Source: Phycisphaerae bacterium
GTDB lineage: Bacteria > Planctomycetota > Phycisphaerae > UBA1845 > Fen-1342
Direction: 5' to 3'
NCBI GenBank assembly: GCA_963666925.2
Contig: CAXXTC010000006.1
Coordinates: 32,001 to 96,000, forward strand
Length of the DNA: 64,000 nucleotides
The notes beneath the pieces are model-generated. The model was not told the DNA's origin, did not search any database, and saw only the letters and a list, made by a program, of their open reading frames with translations. This document shows, one piece after another, positions 18,580 through 27,850 of this stretch. Each line of letters begins with the position of its first letter. The first letter of the stretch is position 1. A program made the position numbers and the translations under genes.

Positions 18580-19743
18580 ATGGACGAAATAGACCCGGGC
18601 AGGCCACAACAGCCGAGCGAAGCCGACGTTCAGGCCCGACCGACCGCACAACTCTGCGCCAACTGCGGCACGGCCCTGCTCAACACAGATCCCGAGTCCC
18701 GCTGCCCAACCTGTGGCCTGCCCGTCACCGTCCAGCGTGATGTTGACGCTCCAGCCGCCCTGCTCGACTCAGCCGGCGTGGTCTGCGCCGATCTGTCCTG
18801 CCGCAAGTGCGCCTACAACCTTCGCGGCCTGCACCGGGACGGCCGCTGTCCCGAATGCGGGGCCGCGGTTGCACTATCCACCCAGCGCGACCTACTGTGT
18901 TTTGCCGAGCCGAACTACGTCCGCCGCCTCGCCCGAGGCAATACCTGGCTAGCCCGCGGCCTGACCGCCGTCATCGTCAGCGTGGCGCTGGTGATGCTGG
19001 CCATGATCCCGCTTGCGATAGGAGCAGCCTGGTTCCCTGACACCGAGCTGATTTTCATTGCGACATCGATCTCATTCGGCACCGCGATGATCCTGCTGCC
19101 GATCGGCCTGATCGTCGCACTCGTCGGCGTGTGGATAATCACCACGCCGCAACCCAGCGTCTTCGACCCCACCCGGCAGAGATCCGCCCGACGGATCCGC
19201 TGGCTGCTCCTGATCGGCTGCGGTGGGCTGGCGATCCCGTTCCTCCTGTCCACCCTGATCACTTTGATGCCACTCCGGGCCATAATCGACTTCGGATCCC
19301 TCGGCGCTACCGCTGCCGGCATCGTCGGCGTGGTAGCACTGATATCTCACGTACAAACCCTCGCCCAACGCATTCCCGATACCAAACTCTCAAAATCAGC
19401 CCGCAAGCTTCGCTACAGCATCTCCGGCGTGCTCTGGCTACTCTTCGTCTGCCACGCCATCAAGACCATTTACTTCTGGGGGTTCATGCTCTTCCCCGTC
19501 ACGCCAATCTCGCCGGCAGGCGGTAGTGCCCTCTGGCAGATGAACACCGGACAGGTTGTGCTTACATTCACTGGCTGTGGTTCCACCATTGGCGCGCTGC
19601 TCCTGATAGGAGCTTACGATCGCATGGCGCGCCTCCACCGCCAACTCACCAAGCCACTCCAGCAGCAGGCCCGGCTGGCCAAGAAGCACTGGGTGGACGT
19701 GCCACCTTCGGCCCATCCCAAACCCGCTGAGGAGACCGCCTGA
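18580..19743 (+). CDS. Double zinc-ribbon multi-pass membrane protein
   Basis: CANC...CPTC and CRKCAYNLRGL...CPECG followed by about six hydrophobic helices. Confidence 0.8.
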   Translation: MDEIDPGRPQQPSEADVQARPTAQLCANCGTALLNTDPESRCPTCGLPVTVQRDVDAPAALLDSAGVVCADLSCRKCAYNLRGLHRDGRCPECGAAVALSTQRDLLCFAEPNYVRRLARGNTWLARGLTAVIVSVALVMLAMIPLAIGAAWFPDTELIFIATSISFGTAMILLPIGLIVALVGVWIITTPQPSVFDPTRQRSARRIRWLLLIGCGGLAIPFLLSTLITLMPLRAIIDFGSLGATAAGIVGVVALISHVQTLAQRIPDTKLSKSARKLRYSISGVLWLLFVCHAIKTIYFWGFMLFPVTPISPAGGSALWQMNTGQVVLTFTGCGSTIGALLLIGAYDRMARLHRQLTKPLQQQARLAKKHWVDVPPSAHPKPAEETA

Positions 19744-19840
19744 ACCGCTCCCGATAACTACTGAGAACTCGCCGCCCAACCTCACCCCTCCCCGCCGGTC
19801 GTCCGATTCTATGTACATGCTCCGCCCATGCCGCGCCAAA

Positions 19841-22666
19841 ATGCTGCCCGCTCGCCTCCTAGCGGCTATAACCACAATAACCACAATAACTTGCGCAGCA
19901 ATCGCCCTCCCACAGGACGGCGACACCACTGAGCGCGTCACCACCTACCGCAAGGTTCACCTATTCGATTTCGCCGAACGCGACCTGGGCAATTTCGAAG
20001 ATACGCCGATGCACTGGGTGCCTTTCTCAGGCCCCGGGCTGCCTCCCTATTCCACGGGGCGATTCGACAACGAGGCCGGTTACGAGGCTCCGCCGTCGTT
20101 TCATTATCACATCCGGGGTGGGAGCATCGGCTTCGAGTACGCCCGTGATGATCTCGCAATATCACCTGAGTCCGACTACCTCGTCGAGGGCTACATCCGC
20201 TGCCAGGGGCTCGAATTCGCTCGGGCATTCATCGTTTGCTACCTGGTTGATCAACTCGGCGACCCGATCCCCCGTAGCGAAGCGGTCAGTCCCTTCGTCA
20301 ACGGCACCAGCGACCCACCAGACGATTGGCAACGCGTCACGATCGAGGTGCCGGTCGACAACCCCCTGGCCTATGCCATGCGGCTCCAGCTCTGGGTGCT
20401 ACAGGACTACGCCTGGCAGGAACCCGACGCCAACGTCCCCGACCCGATCATCCGGCAGGACGTTAATGCGCACGTCTGGTTCGACGACATCGCGATCTAC
20501 CGCATGCCCCGCGTGCGACTGGCGATCTCCAACCCGGGCGGCGTAGTCGCACCGGAGACGGCCGAGCATCTCACCGTCGCAGTCCACAACGCAACGCTAG
20601 CCCACGTCGACATTGAGCTCAGCGTCACCGACGTGCATGGCGTAAAACGCTTCAGCGAGATTCAGGCCGTCGATCCACTCGCCACGCGGCGTTTCGAAAC
20701 CCCCGTGCCCAACCTGCCACCCGGCCACTACGAAGCCCACGCCCGCCTCGGCACCAATGTCGACACGCTCGTCGAACGCACCATCCAGTTCGACATCCTG
20801 CCCGAAATCATCCAGCTCGACACTCGCTGCGAAGACATCGGCATCGATCTCGGACGCTGGGCCGGCGGAAGCGTTGACGGAGTCATCGAACTCGTTGACG
20901 AGCTCGGTTGCGGCGCTGCCCGCCTGGGTGTCGCCATGATCGGTGCCCCCCGGGACTACCGTGAAACTCACTACCTCGAACAGATCCGCGACCTGGTCCA
21001 TCTGCTCGCGATAAACCGCGTCGAAACCACCGGCATCATTCTGCAACCCGGTGCAATCGACACCAACACCACGGTCGCGTCAACCTACAGCCTGCTCACC
21101 GGCGATCGCCCCTGGGACAGCTACGTCGGTCCCGTGTTTGCCTACCTGGGCGACCTGCTGTTCTCCTGGCAACTCGGCGAAGAAGCCATCGAGCTGCACT
21201 TCCCGGACACGTGGTCGGCCGACGCCATCCGCAGTGTCCGTAGCCAGCTCGAACGCTTCATCGCCGTCCCCCAGCTCGTCGTCCCACGCTCCGTGCTCGA
21301 CACCACACAGACCAGGCTGCTCCCCGAGTTCGCGCTCGCGCGCGATCCTTCGACCACCGAACAAGCGCCGCCCACAGACGACGCCGGCCCGGACACCGAT
21401 ACCGACGACCAAACTCCCTCCGCGACCGCTTCGCAGCGCCCGCACGCCTATTCGTTTCACCTCCCCGGCTCGATTCCGGCCCAGGCCTTCCCCTGGCATC
21501 TGGCTTTCTGGTTCGAGAACAGCACCGACCGTGCCTTTGAAGGACTCCGACCTGACCAAACCCGGTCGGAAAAACGCGGGCCGGCCCACTGGATCACGCT
21601 CGGTATCCCGAACGACCTCCAGCTCACCACTACGGATCAAATCGCCGACCTCGCCCGACGAGTCATCCTCGCCAAGGCCGTCAACCCGGATCGACTCTAC
21701 GTGCCGGCACCATTCGCTCTTTCCGGCCGCGGTGGCGAGTTGAGCTGGCAACCGACGGCGGAGTTCATCCCGCTTCGCACGCTGTTCCACTACCTCTCCG
21801 GACGCCGGGCTATCGCCGCTCTTCAGCTCGACGACCAGTCCGTGGCCCTGCTGTTCCGCGGCACCGACCATAGCTGCCTGGTATTGTGGACCTGGCGTCT
21901 GGACCATGACGACGTCGCCGCCGACCTCTATGTCGGCGCCAGCGCCTACGCGATCGATCTGTCCGGAGAACGTCTCCAGCTGGAGCGAAACGGGCTGCAA
22001 GCGCACATCCCGCTCTCGAACGTGCCGTTGATCATCGAAGACGTCGACGCCCCTCTGCTACTGCTTCAGGACAGTTTCGTAATCGAGCCCGCGTCCATTC
22101 AACTGCATGAGCCCGACCTGCGTCCCACGATGAGGCTGCGCAATTTCTATCCCCAGGAGTTGACCGGCACTGCCGAGCTGCGCCCGCCGCCCAGTTGGCA
22201 GGTCACGCCCAACCCGACCCAGGTCCACCTCCGGCCCGGAGAAGCGTTGGAACAGCCGCTGAACTTCGCCATGCCGCCGCGACAAATCGCCAGCGCGCAA
22301 ATCGTCGCGGTGGACTTCCATCTCGTGCGACCCAAGCTGGTCGATCTGCACTTTGAAGTCCCGATCAGCATCGAGCTGCGTGACATCGTGGTGACGGCCA
22401 GTGCCTGGTGGGACAACGACGATCTCGTTGTCGAGCAGGTCGTTCAGAGCATGGCGCCCCAGGCGGTAAGCTTTACGGCCTTCTGCCAGGCGCCGGATCG
22501 GGCCCTCCAGGAGGGGGTATTCCTCGAAGTCGCACCCGGCGACACGCGTGTCCAAACCTACCGGTTCAGGAATTCGCGTGACCTGGCCGGTGCCGAGCTC
22601 TGGCTCGGCATCCAGGAGATCGACGGCCGCCGAGCACTCGACCAACTTGTCGACGTACCGCGATAA
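19841..22666 (+). CDS. Large secreted multi-domain hypothetical protein (CBM-like, Ig-like, NEW3-like segments)
   Basis: Long ORF with coding-like codon usage; signal-like N terminus; 'VWFDDIAI' CBM-type end motif; 'ELRPPPSWQVTP...LRPGE' NEW3-like. Start codon uncertain. Confidence 0.75.
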   Translation: MLPARLLAAITTITTITCAAIALPQDGDTTERVTTYRKVHLFDFAERDLGNFEDTPMHWVPFSGPGLPPYSTGRFDNEAGYEAPPSFHYHIRGGSIGFEYARDDLAISPESDYLVEGYIRCQGLEFARAFIVCYLVDQLGDPIPRSEAVSPFVNGTSDPPDDWQRVTIEVPVDNPLAYAMRLQLWVLQDYAWQEPDANVPDPIIRQDVNAHVWFDDIAIYRMPRVRLAISNPGGVVAPETAEHLTVAVHNATLAHVDIELSVTDVHGVKRFSEIQAVDPLATRRFETPVPNLPPGHYEAHARLGTNVDTLVERTIQFDILPEIIQLDTRCEDIGIDLGRWAGGSVDGVIELVDELGCGAARLGVAMIGAPRDYRETHYLEQIRDLVHLLAINRVETTGIILQPGAIDTNTTVASTYSLLTGDRPWDSYVGPVFAYLGDLLFSWQLGEEAIELHFPDTWSADAIRSVRSQLERFIAVPQLVVPRSVLDTTQTRLLPEFALARDPSTTEQAPPTDDAGPDTDTDDQTPSATASQRPHAYSFHLPGSIPAQAFPWHLAFWFENSTDRAFEGLRPDQTRSEKRGPAHWITLGIPNDLQLTTTDQIADLARRVILAKAVNPDRLYVPAPFALSGRGGELSWQPTAEFIPLRTLFHYLSGRRAIAALQLDDQSVALLFRGTDHSCLVLWTWRLDHDDVAADLYVGASAYAIDLSGERLQLERNGLQAHIPLSNVPLIIEDVDAPLLLLQDSFVIEPASIQLHEPDLRPTMRLRNFYPQELTGTAELRPPPSWQVTPNPTQVHLRPGEALEQPLNFAMPPRQIASAQIVAVDFHLVRPKLVDLHFEVPISIELRDIVVTASAWWDNDDLVVEQVVQSMAPQAVSFTAFCQAPDRALQEGVFLEVAPGDTRVQTYRFRNSRDLAGAELWLGIQEIDGRRALDQLVDVPR

Positions 22667-22737
22667 CGTCATAATTCAGAATAAGATAAGGAATGCGACC
22701 GCACGCCCGCGAAGGACGTGCCGGAGAGTGTGTATAG

Positions 22738-23997
22738 ATGACCGATCGTCAGCCCGACGAGCAGTTGCCCGCATCGAATCAGCCCCCGCAGGCCGCAACG
22801 CCGGCGCCCCGCAGCGGACGCCGACCGCCGGCCATCGTGCGCTATGGTGCGATGAACTGGATCGGCGAATTCGCCTGCAAGCCAAGGCAGGAGCTGACCC
22901 GCGGGGCCCGCGTCGTAATAGAAACCGACCGCGGCATAGAGCTGGGTGAGCTGATCGGTCCTGCCAGCGACGAGGTGCTATCGCGCGAGGATTTTCAGGA
23001 TCGCGTGCGCGCCTACACGGACAACAGCGGCAACGAATTCTGCCGCCCGCGTGCCGGGCGACTGTTGCGCACCGCCACCACACAGGACCTCGACGAACAG
23101 CGCCACCTCGACGCCCACGCCCCCGAGGACATCAACTACTGTGCCCAGTTGGCCACCGAATTCGGCCTGGACATGAAAATCATCACCGCCGAGTACCTGC
23201 TGGGCGGCGAACGCATCGTTTTCTACTTTGGCGCACCGGCCCGCGTTGATTTCCGCCAGCTCGTCCGCCAACTCGCCCAGCGCTATCGCACACGCATCGA
23301 GATGCGTCAGGTCGGGGCACGCGACGAAGCCCGGCTGGTCGCCGACTACGAAGTCTGCGGGCGCGAGTGCTGCTGCCGCAACTTCCTCAAGAAGCTCCGC
23401 CCGGTCAACATGAAGATGGCCAAGCTTCAGAAGTCGACGCTCGACCCGAGCAAGGTCTCCGGCCGGTGCGGACGGCTGCGCTGCTGTCTGCGTTACGAGC
23501 ATCTCGGCTACGAGGAACTGGCCGACCGCCTGCCGCGTAGCGGCCGCCGGGTCGAGACCGAATTCGGCGCCGGCACCGTGATCGACCAGCAAGTGCTCAC
23601 GCAACTAGTAACGGTGCGTACCGATGCCGAGCGCATCGTTGTGGTCCCGCTGGAAGAGATCAAAGCCTTTGACGTGCCCTTCCCGACCAAAGAGGAGCAA
23701 CCTCCCGCGCGTCAGGCCGCCCCCGAGACTGAAACCGACGAGTCTGCCTCGTCACCGCGGCGCCGATCGCGGCGCAGCCGCGGCCGACGTGGTCGCGGCG
23801 AGGGCGACCAGCGCAACCAGCGCGAAGATACCCCGACCACTGGCGACGCGACACAGCCACCTGATGCAGGGCAACGGCCCGCGAGCACCAGCGCTTCCGA
23901 CGGCGGCGGCGAAGAGGGCGGCAAGAAACGACGACGACGCAAACGCAAACCACGACGACGACCTCCCGACCAGGCCGCCAGCAACGATTCGAACTGA
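22738..23997 (+). CDS. ricT: PSP1-domain Fe-S protein (RicT/YaaT family)
   Basis: VVIETDRGIELG, RVDFRQLV, RIEMRQVGARDEA, CGRECCC, SGRCGRLRCCLRYE. Confidence 0.9.
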   Translation: MTDRQPDEQLPASNQPPQAATPAPRSGRRPPAIVRYGAMNWIGEFACKPRQELTRGARVVIETDRGIELGELIGPASDEVLSREDFQDRVRAYTDNSGNEFCRPRAGRLLRTATTQDLDEQRHLDAHAPEDINYCAQLATEFGLDMKIITAEYLLGGERIVFYFGAPARVDFRQLVRQLAQRYRTRIEMRQVGARDEARLVADYEVCGRECCCRNFLKKLRPVNMKMAKLQKSTLDPSKVSGRCGRLRCCLRYEHLGYEELADRLPRSGRRVETEFGAGTVIDQQVLTQLVTVRTDAERIVVVPLEEIKAFDVPFPTKEEQPPARQAAPETETDESASSPRRRSRRSRGRRGRGEGDQRNQREDTPTTGDATQPPDAGQRPASTSASDGGGEEGGKKRRRRKRKPRRRPPDQAASNDSN

Positions 23998-24043
23998 TTG
24001 CGGGCCGCTCCAGCGTGCCGGCCACGCCCCCGAGAAAACCAGT

Positions 24044-24445
24044 ATGGACGCCGACCTGCTGCAACGATTCGAGCAAGCCATTCGCGACGACGGGCGCTAC
24101 CCGCCGGCCGCCTACGAGTTTCTCCAGGCCGGCCTCGAACTCGCCACCAAGCGACGCCATGGCGACACGCCCCCAGGAACGCCACGCCACGTCACCGGCG
24201 GCGACCTGTGCGAAGCCCTGCGCATCCTCGCCCTGCGCACCTGGGGACCACTCGCGCTGGAGGTCCTGCGCCGCTGGAACATCCGTGCCACGCGTGACTT
24301 CGGCGAAATGGTCTATCTCATGATCGACATCGGCCTGATGGGCAAACAGGAAGACGACCAGCTCAGCGACTTCGACCGCGTCTACGAATTCAAGGACGCC
24401 TTCGGAGATTACGAAATCGGGCAATTCCCCACGCAAGACGAATGA
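24044..24445 (+). CDS. Minf_1886-family (Verrucomicrobia/Planctomycetes-restricted) protein
   Basis: DGRYPPAAYEF, RHVTGGDLC, WNIRATRDFGEMVYLMI, DxLSDF. Confidence 0.85.
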   Translation: MDADLLQRFEQAIRDDGRYPPAAYEFLQAGLELATKRRHGDTPPGTPRHVTGGDLCEALRILALRTWGPLALEVLRRWNIRATRDFGEMVYLMIDIGLMGKQEDDQLSDFDRVYEFKDAFGDYEIGQFPTQDE

Positions 24446-24467
24446 CCCTTTGGGGGGACCAGACCGC

Positions 24468-25664
24468 ATGCGAGACTACATTCCCAACATTTCCGAGCCG
24501 ACTCGCCGGTGGATTCGTTTTCTGGCCCTGCTCGCCGCCCTGGCGCTGCTCTGCTGGATCGCCTACGCACTCCGCTCGGTTTTCACGCCGGTAATCGCCG
24601 GCCTGGTGATCGCCTACATCCTCAATCCGCTCGTCACCTGGCTCGAACACCGCTGCCACATCGCCCGCCTGCACACCGTCGTCGTCGTTTTCGCCCTCCT
24701 GGTGGCGTTGCTCGCGGTCGGCGGAGCCTACATCACCAGCCACGCGCTGGCCCAGATCCACCTCTTCCAGGCCAACTTCCCCGGCTACGTCGAGGACGTC
24801 GGCGCGTGGATCAGCAAATATCAGAGCCGAACGACCAGCGCGGCCACTACTCTGCCCACCGCCCTGCACGACAACTGGTGGGCCCAACTCGCCCCCTTGC
24901 TCAAGGAGCACGGCGTGGCCGTGGCGCGCTCCGCCGCCAACACCGCCAGCGGCTTTTTGATGAACTTCGTGAACGTGATCTCCCTGATCGTGCTCGTGCC
25001 GCTGTTCACGTTCTTCTTCCTCTGGCGATTCAATGACATGATCGCTGCCGTTCGCGACCATCTCCCGGCACACTACCGCGACAACATCATCCACGTCGTC
25101 GGCACCATCGACGGCGCCATATCGAACTTCTTCCGCGGCCGGATCATCGTCTGCGCCATCGTCGGCCTGCTCACCGCCATCGGCTGGTCGCTGATCGGCG
25201 TGCCCTACGCCCTGGTGCTCGGGCTGATCGCCGGCACGCTGAACCTGGTTCCGTTCATGTCCATGCTGGCGCTGCCGCCGGCCCTGTTCTTCGCCTACAT
25301 CGGCGCTGCCGACGCGGGCACCGCCTGGGCCCTGCCGGTGTGCCTGACAATGGGCGTCTATATGCTCGTCCAGACGCTCGAGTCTTTCCTGCTCAGCCCC
25401 GCCATCGAGGGGCGCTCGTCCGGGCTCCACCCGCTCGCCATCGTCATCGCCATCATGATCGGGGCCGAGTTAGCCGGGCTGCTCGGCATGTTGCTCGCCA
25501 TCCCCGTCGCCAGTACCCTCAAGACCTTCGCGGCCGAACTGGTGCTGCCCGAGCTACGCCGGCTGGCCAAGCCGGCCACCGCCGACCTGCCGCAATCGGC
25601 ACCACCACCGGCCAACGACGCGCCGCCGACCGAACCAGAGCAGGACAAGGACGCTTCAGCATGA
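24468..25664 (+). CDS. AI-2E family transporter
   Basis: AYILNPLV, FFRGRII, GVPYALVLG, ESFLLSP, GLHPLA, GMLLAIP. Confidence 0.93.
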   Translation: MRDYIPNISEPTRRWIRFLALLAALALLCWIAYALRSVFTPVIAGLVIAYILNPLVTWLEHRCHIARLHTVVVVFALLVALLAVGGAYITSHALAQIHLFQANFPGYVEDVGAWISKYQSRTTSAATTLPTALHDNWWAQLAPLLKEHGVAVARSAANTASGFLMNFVNVISLIVLVPLFTFFFLWRFNDMIAAVRDHLPAHYRDNIIHVVGTIDGAISNFFRGRIIVCAIVGLLTAIGWSLIGVPYALVLGLIAGTLNLVPFMSMLALPPALFFAYIGAADAGTAWALPVCLTMGVYMLVQTLESFLLSPAIEGRSSGLHPLAIVIAIMIGAELAGLLGMLLAIPVASTLKTFAAELVLPELRRLAKPATADLPQSAPPPANDAPPTEPEQDKDASA

Positions 25665-25810
25665 CCAACCCGCAGCACCATCAAGCGCCGGATCGCCCCT
25701 TCGGGTCCGACCCCCAGCGCCCCGCCTGGCCGCTAATACTTTACGGCCTACTGGTCGCCGCCTGCGTGGTGTTCCTCTTCCTGATGGCCCTGCTGTATTC
25801 CGGCCGCTAG
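25661..25810 (+). CDS. Small single-TM protein (49 aa)
   Basis: ATGA overlap with the AI-2E stop; PAWPLILYGLLVAACVVFLFLMALLY. Confidence 0.55.
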   Translation: MTNPQHHQAPDRPFGSDPQRPAWPLILYGLLVAACVVFLFLMALLYSGR

Positions 25811-25931
25811 CGCTGTTTGCATCTTATGAGAGGTGGGGCGGGCGTCTCGCCCGCCGTCTTCGTTCGGCAACCGAGGCATGGCGGGCGAGACGCCCGCTCC
25901 ACTTGTGATGTGGAACTTATGAGAAGGTACA
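25811..25931. repeat. ~120-bp REPIN-like element, copy 1
   Basis: Inverted REP pair 25833-25855 / 25880-25902 with flanks homologous to 32843-32962. Confidence 0.8.
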
Positions 25932-25984
25932 TTAGGGTCGACGTTGCCCACGCCTCGCACCGCGTTTGAAGGAGTCTGGACGCC

Positions 25985-27827
25985 ATGAGTCAGGGCGCTT
26001 CGCAGATCAACCTCAGCGAACTCGACGCCCCCCGCACACATCAACCCGATCCGCGCATCCTCGAACGCAATATCGCCGCCCTGGCAGCCGAGCAGCCCGA
26101 ATTCGCCCGCCAGCTCCGCGAATTGCGGCTGCCTGATCATTGGCAGCCGGCGCTGGCCCTCGATAACACGCCCACCTATCGCTGCGAAGCTCCCGGCCAT
26201 CCGCCTAAATGGCTCGGCCAGACCGCCGTCCCCGCGCGCCGCGCCGCGGCCACGCTCACCGACGCCCTCACGAGCGCAAAGAACGTCGCCCTGCCCTGCC
26301 TGGCAGCCGGCGCCGAGTTGGTCTACCTGCTGGCTCAACTCCCGCCGCACCTGGCCGTCTTCGTTTTTGAGGACGACCCGCGCGTCGTGGCCGCCGTCCT
26401 TTGGCTGCACGATTTCTACGCCGACATTGCCCGTGGGCGCTGCCAGTTCCTGCCGGCCGACCGCGAACGTGACGCGCTGCACAGCCTGCTTCAAAAACAC
26501 GTCGGCCTGGTGCCGCCCACCAACATCCTGCTCAAAGATCTCGTCTCACCCGAGCGCTGCGACGCGATCCGAACGACCTGCGAAGAGGTCGGCAACAGTG
26601 TGATTTCCGAGCGCAACACGCGTTTACAGCAACTGCTCGCCCAGCCAGCCACAGACAAGGCCGCCGCGCCAAACGCCGAACACGTGTCGCTCACCGTCCT
26701 CGCCCTCCGCCCGGAACCGGCCCTGCACGTCCACGCCAGCCAGCTTGAACAGGCCGCCCGCCAACTCGGCTGGCCGGTCACCTGCTGCACGACCGCCACC
26801 CCCTACGATGTCGACGGCCTGGTGCATTGCGAAGCGCTGCATGCCGCCGCCCCACAACTGACAATCTGCATCGACCACTACGCCAACGTTGTTCCGATCC
26901 TGCTGCCGGGCATCAAGTGCACCTGGGTGGTGCGCGAGCCGGACGGGCCAATGCAACCGCCGGATTCGGACATTTCACTACTGGCCGCGTCGCCGCATAT
27001 AGCAACCGACTTACGGAACAACTGCGCCGACGCCGTCCAGGTGATCGACTGGCACTGGGGTTGCTCGGCCACTACTGACACCCCCGTCGCCGCCGGCTGC
27101 TGACAAGCTCGACGTTCTGCTGGTCGCCGACCTGCCCAACGACACTCCTGCCGCCTATGGCGTCAAGCACTCCAGCCACCAGTTGCTCTGGCGTAACCTG
27201 CGCCAGCTGCTAAGCTCCTCTCACACTACCGCCGCCGCGCGCAACGCTCATAACCTGCTCGCCCGCGCCGAGCGTGAAACCGGGCTGCGCGTCGGCGACG
27301 CCGACCTGCGCAGCGACTTCCTGCGTCTCATAGCCGACGTGATCGTCCCGCTGGCGATGCTGGAACATCTGGCCGAGCTTCTTTCCAAGCAGCGTGCTCG
27401 CGTGCACACCGTCGGCCGCGGCTGGCAGCGCCTCGATCACGCCAACTTCACGCACCTGGCCGACGACTACGCCGACCTGATGAATTGCAACCCGCCGCCC
27501 GCGCCGCACGTCTGCGTATATGCCCCCGTGGGTGATCCGCTACGTCCCGTGGTGCTTCACGCCGCCGCCAATGGCTGGCCGCTGCTGGTTTGTGAGCCCG
27601 GTGCCTTTAACGTATCGGACGGTCTGAAACCCGTCCTGATGCCGGAGCAGCACTATCAACTCTTGCGTGACACTCTGGAACTCCCCCGTGCGCTACAATC
27701 ATATGTAGACGTTTCCCCGGGTGTCACGCGCCGCGCCGAACGCGCAGCTCATCACGTGCGTGCGAGCCACACTTACGCGCACCGTCTTGGAGGGCTCGCT
27801 CAGGATCTATTCGGCCCCGGCGTCTAA
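25985..27827 (+). CDS. Maf-like N-terminus plus CgeB-type glycosyltransferase-like C-terminus; apparent frameshift near 27080-27095
   Basis: LERNIAAL at the N terminus; the second frame (…PAADKLDVLLVADLP…) runs into ORF 27183-27827, which ends HVRASHTYAHRL (HTYxxR motif). Confidence 0.65.
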
Positions 27828-27850
27828 GCCCGACAGCGCTGGGTTCGCAA

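Noticed and set aside
16693..19743. 1016-aa ORF as a novel fusion protein
   Set aside because: It is a chance read-through of antisense dapA/folP sequence, the frameshifted DinB gene and the separate zinc-ribbon membrane gene, each of which has its own start and RBS.
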